Shown here piece after piece: positions 51,584 to 64,000 of a DNA stretch of 64,000 bases. The notes under the pieces were generated by a model that saw nothing but the letters and a program-made list of their open reading frames with translations, had not been told where the DNA came from and ran no database searches. The stretch comes from Blastocladiella emersonii ATCC 22665 (lineage: Eukaryota; Fungi; Blastocladiomycota). The DNA is taken from NCBI GenBank assembly GCA_025594325.1, contig JANHCV010000013.1, positions 434,001 through 498,000 of the forward strand, read 5' to 3'. Made by a program: the position numbers and the translations under genes. Each line of letters opens with the position of its first letter. The stretch's first letter is position 1.

Positions 51584-52102
51584 CTAGATTGTGTGTTTGT
51601 TCATGTCCGTCGTGTCAATGCATGATTGCAGCAATAGGTTATCACCGGGTGGGGTCATCAATCGATAATATTTCGACCGGCAGGACTGAGAGTATGCAAC
51701 CGTGATTGCGGCAGTGATCTCGACTCCGATCCGCTCCGCCAACGACAACTACATGTTCGGAGCATCGCTCGTGTCGCCCGCGACGAGCGTGATGGCAAGT
51801 TTGATTGTAGCGCTCGCGTCGGCGGGGCCGCAGCTTTTCCAATGGCAAATCTGAAGCAAAGCGCCAACGACCAAGCAAGTTCGGCGTAGAGCTAGGCTGA
51901 GAAAGTTACTGTAAGGGACCGGCAAGAGCAGTCACAGCGACAGTACAGAGCGGAGACATGAGCGCCGCGACCGAGCCACTGTGCGGTGCGAACGACTTGG
52001 CGCCGGCCGTGCACCGCGCCGCTGCCTCCTGCGTCGAGTCGCTCCAACTCGGTCCTCGCTCCGCTCCCTTGCTACGAACTGCAGCGAACTACCACGAATC
52101 AA

Positions 52103-55100
52103 ATGCTGTCGTCATCGCTCAAACCGGGCGACGGCGCGCTCGCCACCACGGGCCCCGAGTCCGTCCCCACCGCCGATACCAACACCAACAACAACAACAA
52201 CAACAACACCATGAAGAAGCACGAGATCAAGCACGCCGAGACCCGCGCGTCCGTCGAGGCCACGCTCGACGCCATCCAGTCGGACGAGGCCAAGGCGCAG
52301 CGCGAGAAGCGCCGCCGCCGCGCCGAGCGACAGGCCCGCATCAACCACGTTGTGGGCCACGCCGCGACGGGCGTCTCGGCCTCGGCGCTCTCGGCGCTCG
52401 GCGAGGTCAAACCCCATCTGGCCGACATCAAGGAGCTCGTCGACACCAAGGAGCTGGCCAAGGCCGTCGCCGCGTACCACCCGGCCACGTACCCGATCGT
52501 CGCCTTCATCGAGGCGGGGCTGAAGCCGTACATGAAGCTCGTCAAGGGCATGCAGCGCGAGCTCTCGCGCACGCTCGACCTGGCCAACGAGATCGAGCGC
52601 CGCAGCATGGACATTCTGCAGCTGTGCGGCATCGTGCTCGAGGTGTACGCCGACCCAGCCATCACCAAGATCATCAGCAAGGCGCAGGAGAAGGCCATTG
52701 TCAAGCTCATCGGCAAGATCGACGGCAAGGTCCGCGACGCGACTGTCGCGCTCGAGGAGCTCGACAACTCGGGCAACGTGCGCCTGATGCTGTCGGGCCA
52801 GTCGAAGGAGCTCGGCATCACCCTCGGCCAGGTCAATGCGGTACGCGCGCTCTTGTCACGCTCGCTCGCGCACTCCATCGTGTTCGGACGTGACCGATCA
52901 AAACGCTCACCCTCCGCCTCGACACGCGCACGCAAACAAATCCTGTAGACGATCATGAGCGCCCAGTCGCAGCTGCACGCGCACGTCTCGAGCAGCATGC
53001 TCGCGCTGCTCAACCACCAGGGCGCATCCGCGGGCAAGCTCAAGGAGAACCTCGCCACGCAGACCGGGCTGATCCGCGGCCAGGGCGACCGCATCGACGC
53101 GCTCGCCCGCATCGCCAAGGACCTCGCCAAGACCGACGCCAAAATGGACGCGGCGCTGCGCGGGACGCGCGAGGCCGTTGCCGCTGTCGACAACCGCGCC
53201 GGGTTCTGGAAGGCCATCACCAACCCGGGGCTCGCCCGGCTGTGGGGCCGCGTCGTCGGCCTGAGCGGCGGCGGCATGGTGTGCACCGCCGACGACTTTC
53301 TTATGACGCTCGAGGACCTGCTCACCGACCGCGTCGACGCGTGGATCGGCTTGCTGACGCGCGGCAAGGTCCCCGTCACGCTCGCCGACCTCGGGTACAC
53401 GACGCCCGCGTCCGACGGGATCGTAACCGTCAGCGCCATCGAGGCGCTGTTCCCGCACCGGTACGCGGGCAGCGCCGAGATCGCCGACCTGCTCGGGTGG
53501 CGCGCGTTCGCGTGGGTCCCCGCCGTCAACGACGCGGTCCGCCGCATCGACGATCTCGCCGCGTCGGCCGTCACGTTCCGCGCGGCGGCGCTGGCAGCGC
53601 AGAACGTCGCGCAGCGGCTCGCGGCCGACCTCAAGGCTGCGTGGGGCGTCAAGAAGGCGCTCGAGCGCAAGCTCGGCAATCTGCGCATCCAGATCAGCCC
53701 GGCCATTACGTCGCAGTGCCTGCCGCCCAAATACGCTGCGCTCGCCGATGCGCTCGACGCAGTCGCCCGGTTGCTCGCCGAGGGCCAGGTCGCCGCCGCG
53801 ACGCAGTCGCACGTCTGGACCGAGGCGCCCGAGCAGCTCGCTGTCAAGTACGCGGGCGAGATTGGTGCGCAGCTTGGCGCCGCGGCGGCGGCTGCGCTGG
53901 CCATGGGTCTCCCCAAGAACAGCTCGGCGGCGAGCGCCCTCGCCGCGTACGACGCGGCCAAGGTCTCTGCGCAGGCCGAGGCGGCGATGCGCGCCGAGAC
54001 CGAGGTGTTTGACCAGATGCTCGACCTCACGTTCGGTGCCGAGGACGGTGACGGCGACGACGGTGGTGCGCTCGCGGCGCGCTCGTTCGACGCGGCCTTC
54101 CAGCTGTCGTGGGACGACCTGACTGCAACTACCGCGTCGCGCGTCGACGCGCAGCAGCACTTGCGCACGCCGCACCCGTGGGGCCTCGCCCAGCTGTACG
54201 GCGCCGAGCCCGTTATGGTGTCTCGGTACCCGGCCAAGCTCGTGCGCGACGGGCTCGGCAGCGTCGCGATCCAGTATGCGCACGCGCCGACGCAGCGCAG
54301 CCTGCTTCGCGTGTACGGCGTCCTGCCGCCGTCGCCCGCGACCAACGGCGACTGGGCCGTCGTCTCCGAGCCGTACGAGCTTCTTGGCCCGCAACCGCTC
54401 GATTCGCTCGACTTGCTCGGAGGTATCGCCGTCGCCCGCGCCGCGGTGAGCGCCGCAGCTGCCATCCGGGCCGCGCAGCTCGGCACGAACCAGGCGCTCT
54501 TCCCGCAGCTTTTTGACGAGCACCACCTCGTCGCGGTGCGCAACGCCCTCGGTCAGCTCGTCGTCAAGTTGGTCCCGCCGGGTCTCGACACGGCTTCTAC
54601 TTCCTCGATCTCAACCGCTTCGGGTGTCGACAACACTTCTCCCGCTGCCGCCACGCTTGGCCGGGACGCGGCTCGCGGCTCGCTTCACCGTGCCTCGCTT
54701 TCCCACAACTCGCTTCCTCGCGGCGTAGAGACGGCTGCCCCCAAGATTAGTGCGATCGAGGATGTCGATGCGCTGTTCCGGACTGACGACCAGGCGCTCG
54801 CCTCGTTTGTCGCTCGCGTCACGCTCGACGCGCATCCCGCCCCGGCTCGACCCACCGGCTTCCCGTATGCGACGCCGATTGCTGACAGCGACGACGACGA
54901 CGAGGACGGGGGCGAGCTTGGTGCTCGTGCCGCGCGTGTCGGTCGCAACGATGATCATCCCGGCGACGTACTTCGCGACCTTCGCCGTCACCTTGCTCGC
55001 CGCGTCCTTGACGGCACCGATGCCACGTCGCCCACGAGCGGGTCTCTCATGGACCAGATCCCGCTTCACCGCCAGCTTCTCGAAGATCTCGACGCCGCGC

Positions 55101-56080
55101 GCGCCACGTACCGCGCCATTGTCGAGTCCCCGCCGTCCGCCAGCTCGGTGGTCCTTCTTGCCGCCGACGGCCTGTCGTCGTCTTCGTCCTCACTCATTGA
55201 CTTTGACGCGCTCCCGAAGGCAGGTACTGCAGCCCGCATCAACACCGAGGACGACGGCCAGCCGCGACTGTCGGCCGACGAGGCGATGCGCAAGTACTAC
55301 GCGGCGCGCGCGACGATCCGCGGCTCGCGCGGCCCGCTGACGCAGCCCGACTTTGACGTCAACACCGTGTACCACTCGCTGATTGCGGCGGGCCAGTCGG
55401 GCCACCAGCCCATGGCGCTCGTCGCGGCGGCCGACCTCTTCTACTACGGCGCGATCCCGCGCGGGCCCGACTCGTGGCGCGTCGCGATGCGGCTGTACCA
55501 CACGGCGGCCGAGCAGGGCGCGCGGTACGCGCACGTCGGGCTCGGCGACCTTCTCTTCTTCAACCTGGTCGAGGACCCGCGGAGCGGGGCAACGACCGAG
55601 CAGCAGCCGCGGTCGCGCACCGAGATCCTGGCGGTCGCGGCCGAGCAGTACGAGCTCGCGCACCTCGCCGTGATCGACCCGGCGACGCGCGCGCTGCTCC
55701 TGCCGCGCGAGGTGGCCCGCGTCGAGTGCGGGCTCGGCGACGTCCTGTTTGAGCGCGCGCAGCTTGCGGCCGCCGCGGGCAACCCCGCGCTCGCCGACGA
55801 GCTCTGGCGCCGGGCGCGCCCGCACTACCACGAGGCCAAGGACGCGGACCCGCGGTGCAAGCGCGCGTTTGCGCGGCTCGCACTCTACTCCCTGCACGGG
55901 TACGGCGGCGAGACCAAGAGCGTGCGCGCAGCGTCCGTGCACCTCGCGTCGGCGCGCAGCACCGAAAACCCGATGCGGTCGCTGACCGCGCAGCTCGAGA
56001 CGTGCGTCGTCATCGACGACATGGATCACGCGGCTCACCTGCGCGCCGAGATCGCAGGGTGCACGATTCCCGACCACTGA
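52103..56080 (+). CDS. Large helical protein with C-terminal Sel1-like repeats (about 1290 aa)
   Basis: Intron 52841-52948 (GTACGC…TAG) joins ORFs 51986 and 52955 in frame; Sel1-like AMRLYHTAAEQG…A..GLG.L. Confidence 0.75.
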
Positions 56081-57830
56081 TTGTTGATTGACCCGACACG
56101 CGCTCAATGAGATCTGCCAAACGAAAAAGAAACGTGTGTTTATGTTGTTTTTTGATGGACTTTTGCTCTATGATTGAGTGACGGTGATCGTGGCTGAACC
56201 TGGTCCAAGTCCGGGCGTGCGAGCATCTTGAGTACGTCAGCGGTTCCAACGCTCTTATCGCCAAGCGCGAAGAGGCGCACCGAGCAGCAGAGCGGAAGCG
56301 GCCGAACATCAGCGCATTCCACTCGTCGTGACTCGAGCGCAACTAGCGAACACATGAGAAAGAGCTTAGCAGATGAAACCGGGCGGGGAGCAACGTATGC
56401 TCGTTGCGTCCGGGACGACGATATCGGCGAGCACCGTCAAGACCGCGACGGCGGTCACCCCCGGTCATTTGGTACGCTCATATTCCAAAGCGGTCGTCTT
56501 ACGCAAAGGTTGGGATGCGCCCAGCCGCACAATCAATGTGCAACCCTTTTTAGCGAGCGCAGCGAGAGCAGGAGCAAACTGATGCGCAGCTCGATACGTG
56601 GCGGTCTGAAAAACACCGCCCAGTCGGTTGAGGGTGGAGTACTCTAGCAAGAGCGATGCAGGCGCCGACACCGAAGTAGCGTCGGCTCGTGTGCGCGGGT
56701 GGTCACGAGCGGGCAGGATCCACGGCAATCGAGCGCCGCCACCTCGACTTCGAGGCGCGAAACGTCAATCGTATGAGAGTGGTAAAGTGGTGGAATTGGC
56801 CCAGTGCCCGAACTAAAGTGTGCGGGTACATAACGCAAGGAGGTCTCCCTGTCCAGGTTTTGCGGAAACGCAAGCGCCGCACGGGTTGCACGACGGAGTA
56901 GTCCTGGAGGTCCGGAGTGGTTTGCTTCAAGTTTTCATGTTGTTTGCATTTAGTGCCTGCCGCTGCAAGGGCGGAGGTGCGAGAGCATGCCAGCGTGCTC
57001 GAGGCGCTGGACGGCTCGATGGTGTTTTGAACTCGGGTTACATGATTGATCGTCGCGTCTCGCACCGCGTCTCTCGCCCCGCTCTTGCTTGCGAGTCTTC
57101 GACGATCCTCACCGCATTTTTCTCGGGAGGAAAACTCGTAGCGTTTACCTTTGGTGCCGGTCAGCGCGCCGTGGCCCAGGACGGAGCAGTCGCGTTGTCA
57201 ACTACCGAAATCTGTCGCGTCACACGTTCACGGCGTCTGCCCGGCCGGTGCGAACAACAGGGATGCGTTCTCGGCAATTTTGAGAGCCATGACATGAGCT
57301 TCCACAGTCATGTGTCGATTTTGGGACGGCCCACGATCACCCAAGACCTGACGTGCTCGGTAGACGTGCAGCAGATGGCAAAGTCTCGCGAACTCCCGAT
57401 ACATTCCTCCAAACACATCGTGTATCCATGGCCTCGACCCATCAGGACGAAAGGTTCTCTTCACACAGACAGAGGTATGGCGGCGCGCTAGTTCACACGA
57501 CGAACAGTGAATCTTGCAAGTGCGGGAAGGAAACATCTAAGAACGCGCGTTGCACTGTGAGAGGCCACGAAAGCGCGTGGTGCGTGGTGCCCGGCACTCG
57601 ATACTGTTCTGAGCACCGCGTGCGCGGATGCGGTGCGTGTGCGCGGGTGCCTGGCTCGGCCTCGTGTCGCGCTGACCGCGGCGGGCGCTGCACACCGCTT
57701 CGAGCACGGGTCGCGCTTATAAAACCCGCCCGCCTTCCAACTCGCATCGATTCTCCCCATCCTCGTATCCGAGGGAACCACGTAGCAGCCAAACCTACCC
57801 GCACCGCTTTCGACGCTCGCAACCCACAAG

Positions 57831-59895
57831 ATGATGACAACGGCGCCCGCTGCTGCCGCCGGCAACAACACCAACCCGCCGCCGTACTCGACCGAGGGCC
57901 TGTCCTACGTGTCCGTCGTGGTCCCCGCCGACAGCGCCGGCGGCGAGACGGTGCTCGCTCTCGAGCGCGGCGTCACCAAGTTCGCCAAGCTCGCCGCGTG
58001 GTCGCAGCCGCTCATGGAGGCGTCGGTCCGCCCGATCGTCAACAACACGGTCGCCGAGGCCGTGTCCAAGCCCGAGGATCTGGCTCGGCTGGCCGCCGAG
58101 AAGGCGTTGGTCGGGCTGCACTACCCCGGCCAGCGCATGTACCTCGGCAACGTTGTCGGGATGAAGCTGTTCCCGTGCATGAAGGCGATTCCGGCGCAGA
58201 GCTGGACCCTTGTCGTACGTTTTCGCCTTGATCCTTGGCTCCTTTTTGGTTGGATGGGATCGGCCGCGGCCTCGCTGTCCTTCCACGCTCGTTCGAGTCT
58301 ACACTACTCTGTTCTCGAACCCACGCTGACGCACTCGCTCGTAATCAACACGTCATGTGTAGGAAATGGCCGGCAAGCCTGGCGTCTACTCGCTCGTGTC
58401 CAGCGCCAAGCCCGAGTTCTCGCTGGGCATCAAGAACGGCAAGCCGGGCATGGTCCCGACGACCGAGACCGCGTCGCTGATCGGCATCTCGCTCCGCAAG
58501 CACATGCCGTCCGCGCCCGTGCCCAAGGTCAACGTCGCCGCCGCGCCCGCTGCGGTCGTTGCACCGGCTGCCGCTGCTCGTCCTGGTGTTCCCGCTGCCG
58601 CTGCTCGTCCTGGCGTCCCCGCGGGGCAAGCCGCCGCCAGTGCGGCTGCCGCAAAGAAGCCCACGCCGGCTGCCGCCATGGTGCTCGCGTCGGCCGACGA
58701 GGCCAAGCAGGCGCTCACGTCCGAGTCCGCGGGTTCAGCGCTGGCCAACTTCAAGAAGAAGGGCAACCACGGCATCGAGCTCGCGCTGCCCGCGGCCATC
58801 CAGTACAAGGACCGCGAGTCGTTCATCCTCGCCGCGTCGGCCGAGAAGGCCATGGGGCTCGACCTGGCCGTGGGCAAGGCCGACCCGCTGCGCGAGCCGG
58901 GCAAGATCGCCTTCTTCGAGTTCCTCGCCGTCGTCACCGACCCGAATGACGGCAGCAAGCCGACGCTCAAGCACCTCGACGGCAAGATGGGCCGCGAGCA
59001 GATCGTCGTGATCCTCGACTCGCGCTCGGGGCGGCTCCTGTCGGCCAACTCGGGCGGGCAGTTTGCGACCTCGGACGACGGCAACTCGGACGGCGTGCTG
59101 TGGCGCCTCACCAAGGACCCGAGCAGCCAGCTCGCCGTGTCGCTGACCCACTTCAAGTCGAACAAGCGGCTCGTGATCGAGCGGTCCAAGTCGGGCCGGT
59201 TCGCGCGCAACTCGCCGCTCGTGGCGCGCCTCAAGGGCGACGCGGTCAGCGGCATCGCCGGCGAGGACGCCATCTTCACGCTCGTGCCCGAGCGCGCGGC
59301 CAACTTTGACCTCCAGACCCAGTCGCGCGGCCTGCAGACCTTCAAGGAGAAGCTCAAGGAGAACGCGGGCATCGTCTCGCCGTTTGCCATGATGCTGGGC
59401 TCGATCGTTGGCGTGGCCGGGTTCGCCCACACGGTCAACAAGGACGCCGAGGACAAGGAGGACGGGCAGCGGGACGGAGCGGACGACAAGTCCAAGAACG
59501 ATGTCGATGAACAGGAGGAGCAGGAGGCGAGTCGCCAGCAGCGCGATGACGGTGCTGCCAAGGAGGAGGACGGCGACGAGAAGGATGCCGGTGTCGATGG
59601 TGAGGAGGAGGAGCTCGACAACGATGTTGATGGTGCTGACCTGGGCCGCACCTCGGGCCGGTTTGGAGACGGGACGTCGCACGACGCGAACGCAGGTGAT
59701 GGCGACCGCGACGGCGACCACGCCCGCTCGCGCGAGCAGGAAACCGAAGAGAAGGAAGAGGAGGAGGATGAGTCCGAGGATGACCATGACCTCGATCCAG
59801 TCGACGGCGACGAAGCCGATGTCGATGAGGAGGACGACAAGGACGAGGATGATGATGACGATGACGTTGACGTCAATGACGGGTGCGACGAGTGA
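57831..59895 (+). CDS. Hypothetical protein with possible beta-trefoil region, one hydrophobic helix and a long acidic tail
   Basis: Intron 58215-58362 joins ORFs 57831 and 58366 in frame. Confidence 0.65.
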
Positions 59896-60371
59896 GCATC
59901 TGTTCATTGTTGACGCGCGCGCGAGCGGCCTGACCAAAGTTCTCACGCTCATGAATAAAATACGATCAAAGCTTCGTTTGTGTTACTTGCTTCTCTACAC
60001 GTCGATGACCAGCAAGTCGGCGAGCCATCATGAGATAGCTCACGAACGGAACTGATCGCCGCCGTAAGGGTGAAGCATCGCTCGCGGATCCAACCACACA
60101 CGACATCGCGCCTTGGACCACCGCGTAAGTCCCTCGCGAGTGTGGCGCGGCGCGCGCACCGAGGATGGACGCCGTTGGCCACCACCACCATGATGTCTTT
60201 GCACCGTAGCGGCTAGCACCGCAAACAGGCGCGAGCACCGCACCGCTTGCCTCTTCACTGACCAGAGCGGTCCGCAGTTCCACCGTGCCAACAAATCCTC
60301 GCTCGCTCATACTCGAACGAAGGAAGATCGCATAGAAAGCGATACAATCCTCTCCTTACGAATCAGCGACC

Positions 60372-61328
60372 ATGGAACCACACTCAGTGATGAATGCGCC
60401 AATGGTCGGCGAGCCCACGCTCATGGAGTCCATGGACTTCAACCGCAGCACGATTCACTTGGCCGCGAGCCTTGCCCTCGCGCGGCTCGACGCGGCCGTC
60501 AACTCGTACACGCACTACCACCCGGGCTCGCTCGATGCCGCTGCGCTTCACCTTGAGCGCGAGCTGGCCGCCTCCTTTGCTGCGCTGACGGACGGATCCA
60601 CCTTTGCGGCGCCGTCTCCCGCCCACGCTGCCGCAAACGCTGAGACGCGGAGCTACCTCGCCGCAGTCATCTCGCGCACCGTCGTCGACCACTTTGTTGG
60701 CTGGTTCCCGAGCGGGAGCGCCAAGGTCCGCACCGACGCGCGCCGCCTGTGGTTCGACCTCTCGCGCAGCGAGCAGCGCGGGATCGGCCACCGCCCGCTG
60801 TGCGAGCAGCTGACCGCGCTCGTCGACCAGGTCGCCGAGGCCGCCATGGACGCCTTGCGCGAGTGCTGCGGCGGCGCAGACCCGCGCGCCCGCGCGGGCG
60901 ACGTGAAGCGGATCAAGAGTGCGACCGTCGCGCTCGCGCTCGCGTTTGCCGTTGTCCGCGTCGTGCACCCCAAGTACGTGCTCGAGTGGCCCGCGCCGCA
61001 CTCGCGCTTCGATCCGCAGCTGTCACAGCCGCCGGCCGGCTGCCTCTATCGGCCCCGCGGCGCCGAGCTGGATCTGGCCGCTGCGCGCGTCGCCTTTGCG
61101 CTCTTCCCGCACGTAAGCGCTGCTGGCACCGAGAAGCCGAACCTCGCCACGTACCGCGCCCTCGTCGTTGTCTATCCTTCCTCGACGCTGCTGCCGTCGC
61201 AGACGGGCTATGCCCCGACGAGCACTCAAACGGATCAAGTCTTCGACCAGCAGCCGCCGGTGAGCGAGCCCCTCGAACCAGTTCCGATTGTCGGCTCCCC
61301 GCTCTTCAAGCAGCTTCAGGAGCAGTGA
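60372..61328 (+). CDS. Hypothetical protein (318 aa)
   Basis: Intronless ORF with host-like codon use. Confidence 0.65.
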   Translation: MEPHSVMNAPMVGEPTLMESMDFNRSTIHLAASLALARLDAAVNSYTHYHPGSLDAAALHLERELAASFAALTDGSTFAAPSPAHAAANAETRSYLAAVISRTVVDHFVGWFPSGSAKVRTDARRLWFDLSRSEQRGIGHRPLCEQLTALVDQVAEAAMDALRECCGGADPRARAGDVKRIKSATVALALAFAVVRVVHPKYVLEWPAPHSRFDPQLSQPPAGCLYRPRGAELDLAAARVAFALFPHVSAAGTEKPNLATYRALVVVYPSSTLLPSQTGYAPTSTQTDQVFDQQPPVSEPLEPVPIVGSPLFKQLQEQ

Positions 61329-63691
61329 CACGGTACTGCTGCTGCCACCACCACTACCACCGGCTGTCGCCTGTCAACGGGGCCGCTCCAAGCTGTTGTG
61401 TTTATGAATCAATCAAATCAACGGTTACGCTGTGCGTATCTCGATAGAAAGCACGTCCAAACAGTCGGTTTGTGAGCTGGAGCGGGAGAGCTTTCTCCGC
61501 GACCTCGCACTCACCGACGCCCGAAAGTAGCACGAGTTACTCTTGCTACTGTAAGACTTGAGACGATCGGCGGCAAACGAATGGCGGCAATGCTTGAGAG
61601 CGAGAGGGACGCAGCGCGGGCTCTTAGCGGCGAGAGCGAAAGCATTGGAGATCGTGCGTGCTGACCGTGCCCGAGACGATAAACTTGACGATCTTGCCGC
61701 ACTCAGCGTCCTCGCCCATGAGCGGCACAGAGCTGAGCATTCAATCCGTATCGCCGCTAGGAGGAGCGTGGTCGGATCAAGCAAGACGGGAATAAGATGA
61801 CCAATACGCACAGTTTGCCAATTGCGACCAAATCCGGAGCAAAGACAAGGGCAAGAACGAGATCGCAGCGAGCAACCTCGTCAATCTGCGAGCAGAGTAG
61901 GGTGAGGTCGACGGCGAGCCGTCATGTCAAGCGAGTCGCCGTTGCAACGTCGCGGCGACGGGCAACGACTCGGAGTGCATTGGATCGATCGTAAGACCGG
62001 CACTTTCGAAGAGTGAGGCAGATGCAGAGTCCAAGACGCCGACGTCCAGAAATGTGTCGCGTGGGAAAGCAGGAACAGCGTGGTGGGATCGCCGCGAGCT
62101 GAGTCGTTCACCTTGGACCAAGTCGGCCGGCGGTGGGGCAAGCGACGGGAATGGCGTCCCAGTCGGTTGTTCATCGCGATGCATAGAGTCTTTCATCGTG
62201 GTATGCTCCATGCTGGGGTGACACGGCGAGCGAGCGTGCGACTGAGACGCGATGTGCGTGACGCGAGACGGTCTCACAAGCGCGCGCCACAGGTCTCAGC
62301 TGCTGCTGTCTCACATGCGCTCTCGCTCTCCTTCCCACGCTCGCTCACTCTGCCATGTAACGCCGCCACGATGAGCTCACACCATGCAACGCTTGCCTTA
62401 TGTGCTCCTCGAGAGGATGTGAGATCGTGCCATGCGACGTCCGCATCGTGCCCGCGCAGCACCGACCCCCACGACGTCGCCTGAGCTCGAGCCCGACTCC
62501 GAGTCCTCGTTACCCGCGCTCCCATGCCCTCGCTTGTACGACCGATGTCTCGCCCCCTCTGGGCCCCGCTATTGCCCTTGAGGCCAGCAATAGATGTTGG
62601 AGGGGAGTCTTTGAGCGTAGCACGTCCGAACCCTCAGTGGCGGACCGCTGCGGGTCGGCGATGCCTCGCCCTACGTCCTCCTCTTCTTCGCTGGCCGTTC
62701 CTACTTGCTTGACGAGGTGGTTTTGGGTTTGACCAGCGCGATCGCTTCTCCAGTCCCAAGCATCCATATGGACGGATGTTAGGCCTGACCGCCGGCTAGA
62801 GCAGCAACCTGAACCTGCGGCTGCGACGCTAAACCGATGCTCATGCCCAAGACTTTGATCGTGGGACGAATACCGCGCTTGAATGGTCGGTCAAGAGCAG
62901 CCTCGAGCCGAGCTGCATCGAGCTGCTCGTTTGAGCATTGTGTAAGCCGGATGAGCGACCAACAGCGAGGTCGCTAGTTTGGCTAGTCAGCGGGTATCTG
63001 GCCGCTGCTCGTGCGTTCGCCGCTTCTTGCGCGCCGTAACCCCTCAAGAAGGAATCGCGTCACTCTGTAATCCATTTATCAAGCTTCTCGCCCAGTCCTG
63101 CTCCGCTCGTCACCGCGGAGCTCTGTCTCTCGTCGCCCTGCTCTACCATTCCGCTCTTTCAGCCATCCTCGCTCTCTCGCTCGTCCCGCTCTGGTCGCGC
63201 TGGCCGTGATCGTCATCACCCTGCGCTCCCCGCTTCATACCCTATTCTCGGTCTCTTCTGCACCGACGCCGCTGCCGTCGCTGAGTTCGCTCTTCCTCCC
63301 TTCTCGATCGTGGAAATCCCTCGAGTACTGTTCATATACCTGACCCTCGTTGTGCTGGACCTTCTGCCTCTTCGCCGCGTCGCGTCGGGTCGGTTCGCGG
63401 TCGTGATCCGGTCGAGGCCGCGGATCCATTCTCTAGTATCGTGCTGCTGTCACTATCGGGAGCCTCTGCCGCGGAAAATTACGTTCCGTGGCCGCACTGC
63501 ATCGTCTTCTCGTGGACGTGCTCGCGTTGCCGCGCTGATTGGACGAGGCCTCGCTCACATGTTGATCGCTCGCGCGGGTCGGAGACTCAACGATTGAAAT
63601 GTGGTGATCGCATCAACAGATGCCGCTTGAAAGGCAGTTTGTTAACACGATCACGAAATAAACAAAGATAGAGCTGAGAATGCATCGGATA

Positions 63692-64000
63692 CTAGAAACC
63701 GTCAAGACCAGGCTGGGCAAAGGGGTTGAATGGGCAGATTTGGCGATACTCCGCGTTCTTGTTCGTTGGGTCAAACGCGCGGAGCATAATGGATGAATCC
63801 GAGAAGCTGAAATCGATCGGAAGCATCGTGCCCATCTCGTACAACCTGGGCGTCATGTTGCACTTGTACTGGACCTTGGCCATGACCTTGCAGGTTTCAT
63901 CGACAAACCGCGGCACCTCAGGCGCACGGGAAGCGTAGAGCGTAAACTCGACCATGGTTTGGCTGGGACCCGATGGGTGCAAGAACTTGCGAAGCGGTGC
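63692..64000 (-). CDS. C-terminal fragment of an Hsp70-like/actin-like ATPase (HSPA12-type), running off the window
   Basis: QTMVEFTLYAS…PRFVDE…FSFSDSSIMLRAFDPT resembles the HSPA12-like C-terminus. Confidence 0.45.
   Translation of the reverse strand, partial: APLRKFLHPSGPSQTMVEFTLYASRAPEVPRFVDETCKVMAKVQYKCNMTPRLYEMGTMLPIDFSFSDSSIMLRAFDPTNKNAEYRQICPFNPFAQPGLDGF

Noticed and set aside
56100-57800. Genes in the 56.1-57.8, 36.5-38.2 and 61.4-63.6 kb intervals
   Set aside because: ORFs lack host codon bias or recognisable motifs; treated as intergenic.

Overview
GC-rich eukaryotic DNA with short spliceosomal introns; the gene content and 'LxWW..SGL' ankyrin-like family suggest a zoosporic fungus such as Blastocladiomycota (inference). 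Two blocks of conserved housekeeping genes (TRM8, SGT2 and an NSUN methyltransferase at 4.7-8.2 kb; STU2/XMAP215, BCD1, VMA8 and SEN34 at 38-49 kb) flank an accessory tract of F-box-like, ankyrin/LRR and DUF4246 genes and pseudogenes. Inserted in this tract is an apparently complete 18,670-bp endogenous Polinton-like DNA virus (15071-33740). It has 726-bp terminal inverted repeats (3 mismatches), TG...CA ends, a 5-bp target-site duplication (AGCTG) and a perfect 26-bp palindrome at each terminus, and it splits a host gene after codon 5. It encodes major and minor capsid proteins, an A32/FtsK packaging ATPase, a phage-like fibre, a Polinton-type rve integrase, a tyrosine recombinase and an AEP primase fused to a UL9-like SF2 helicase. 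I found no protein-primed PolB and no recognisable protease. Further unusual signals are an oriS-like inverted repeat in the TIR, a conserved pyrimidine-tract/AG/TAA motif before most viral start codons, four private tandem arrays, and CpG-transition decay. Functional models given below are hypotheses; no searches were run.
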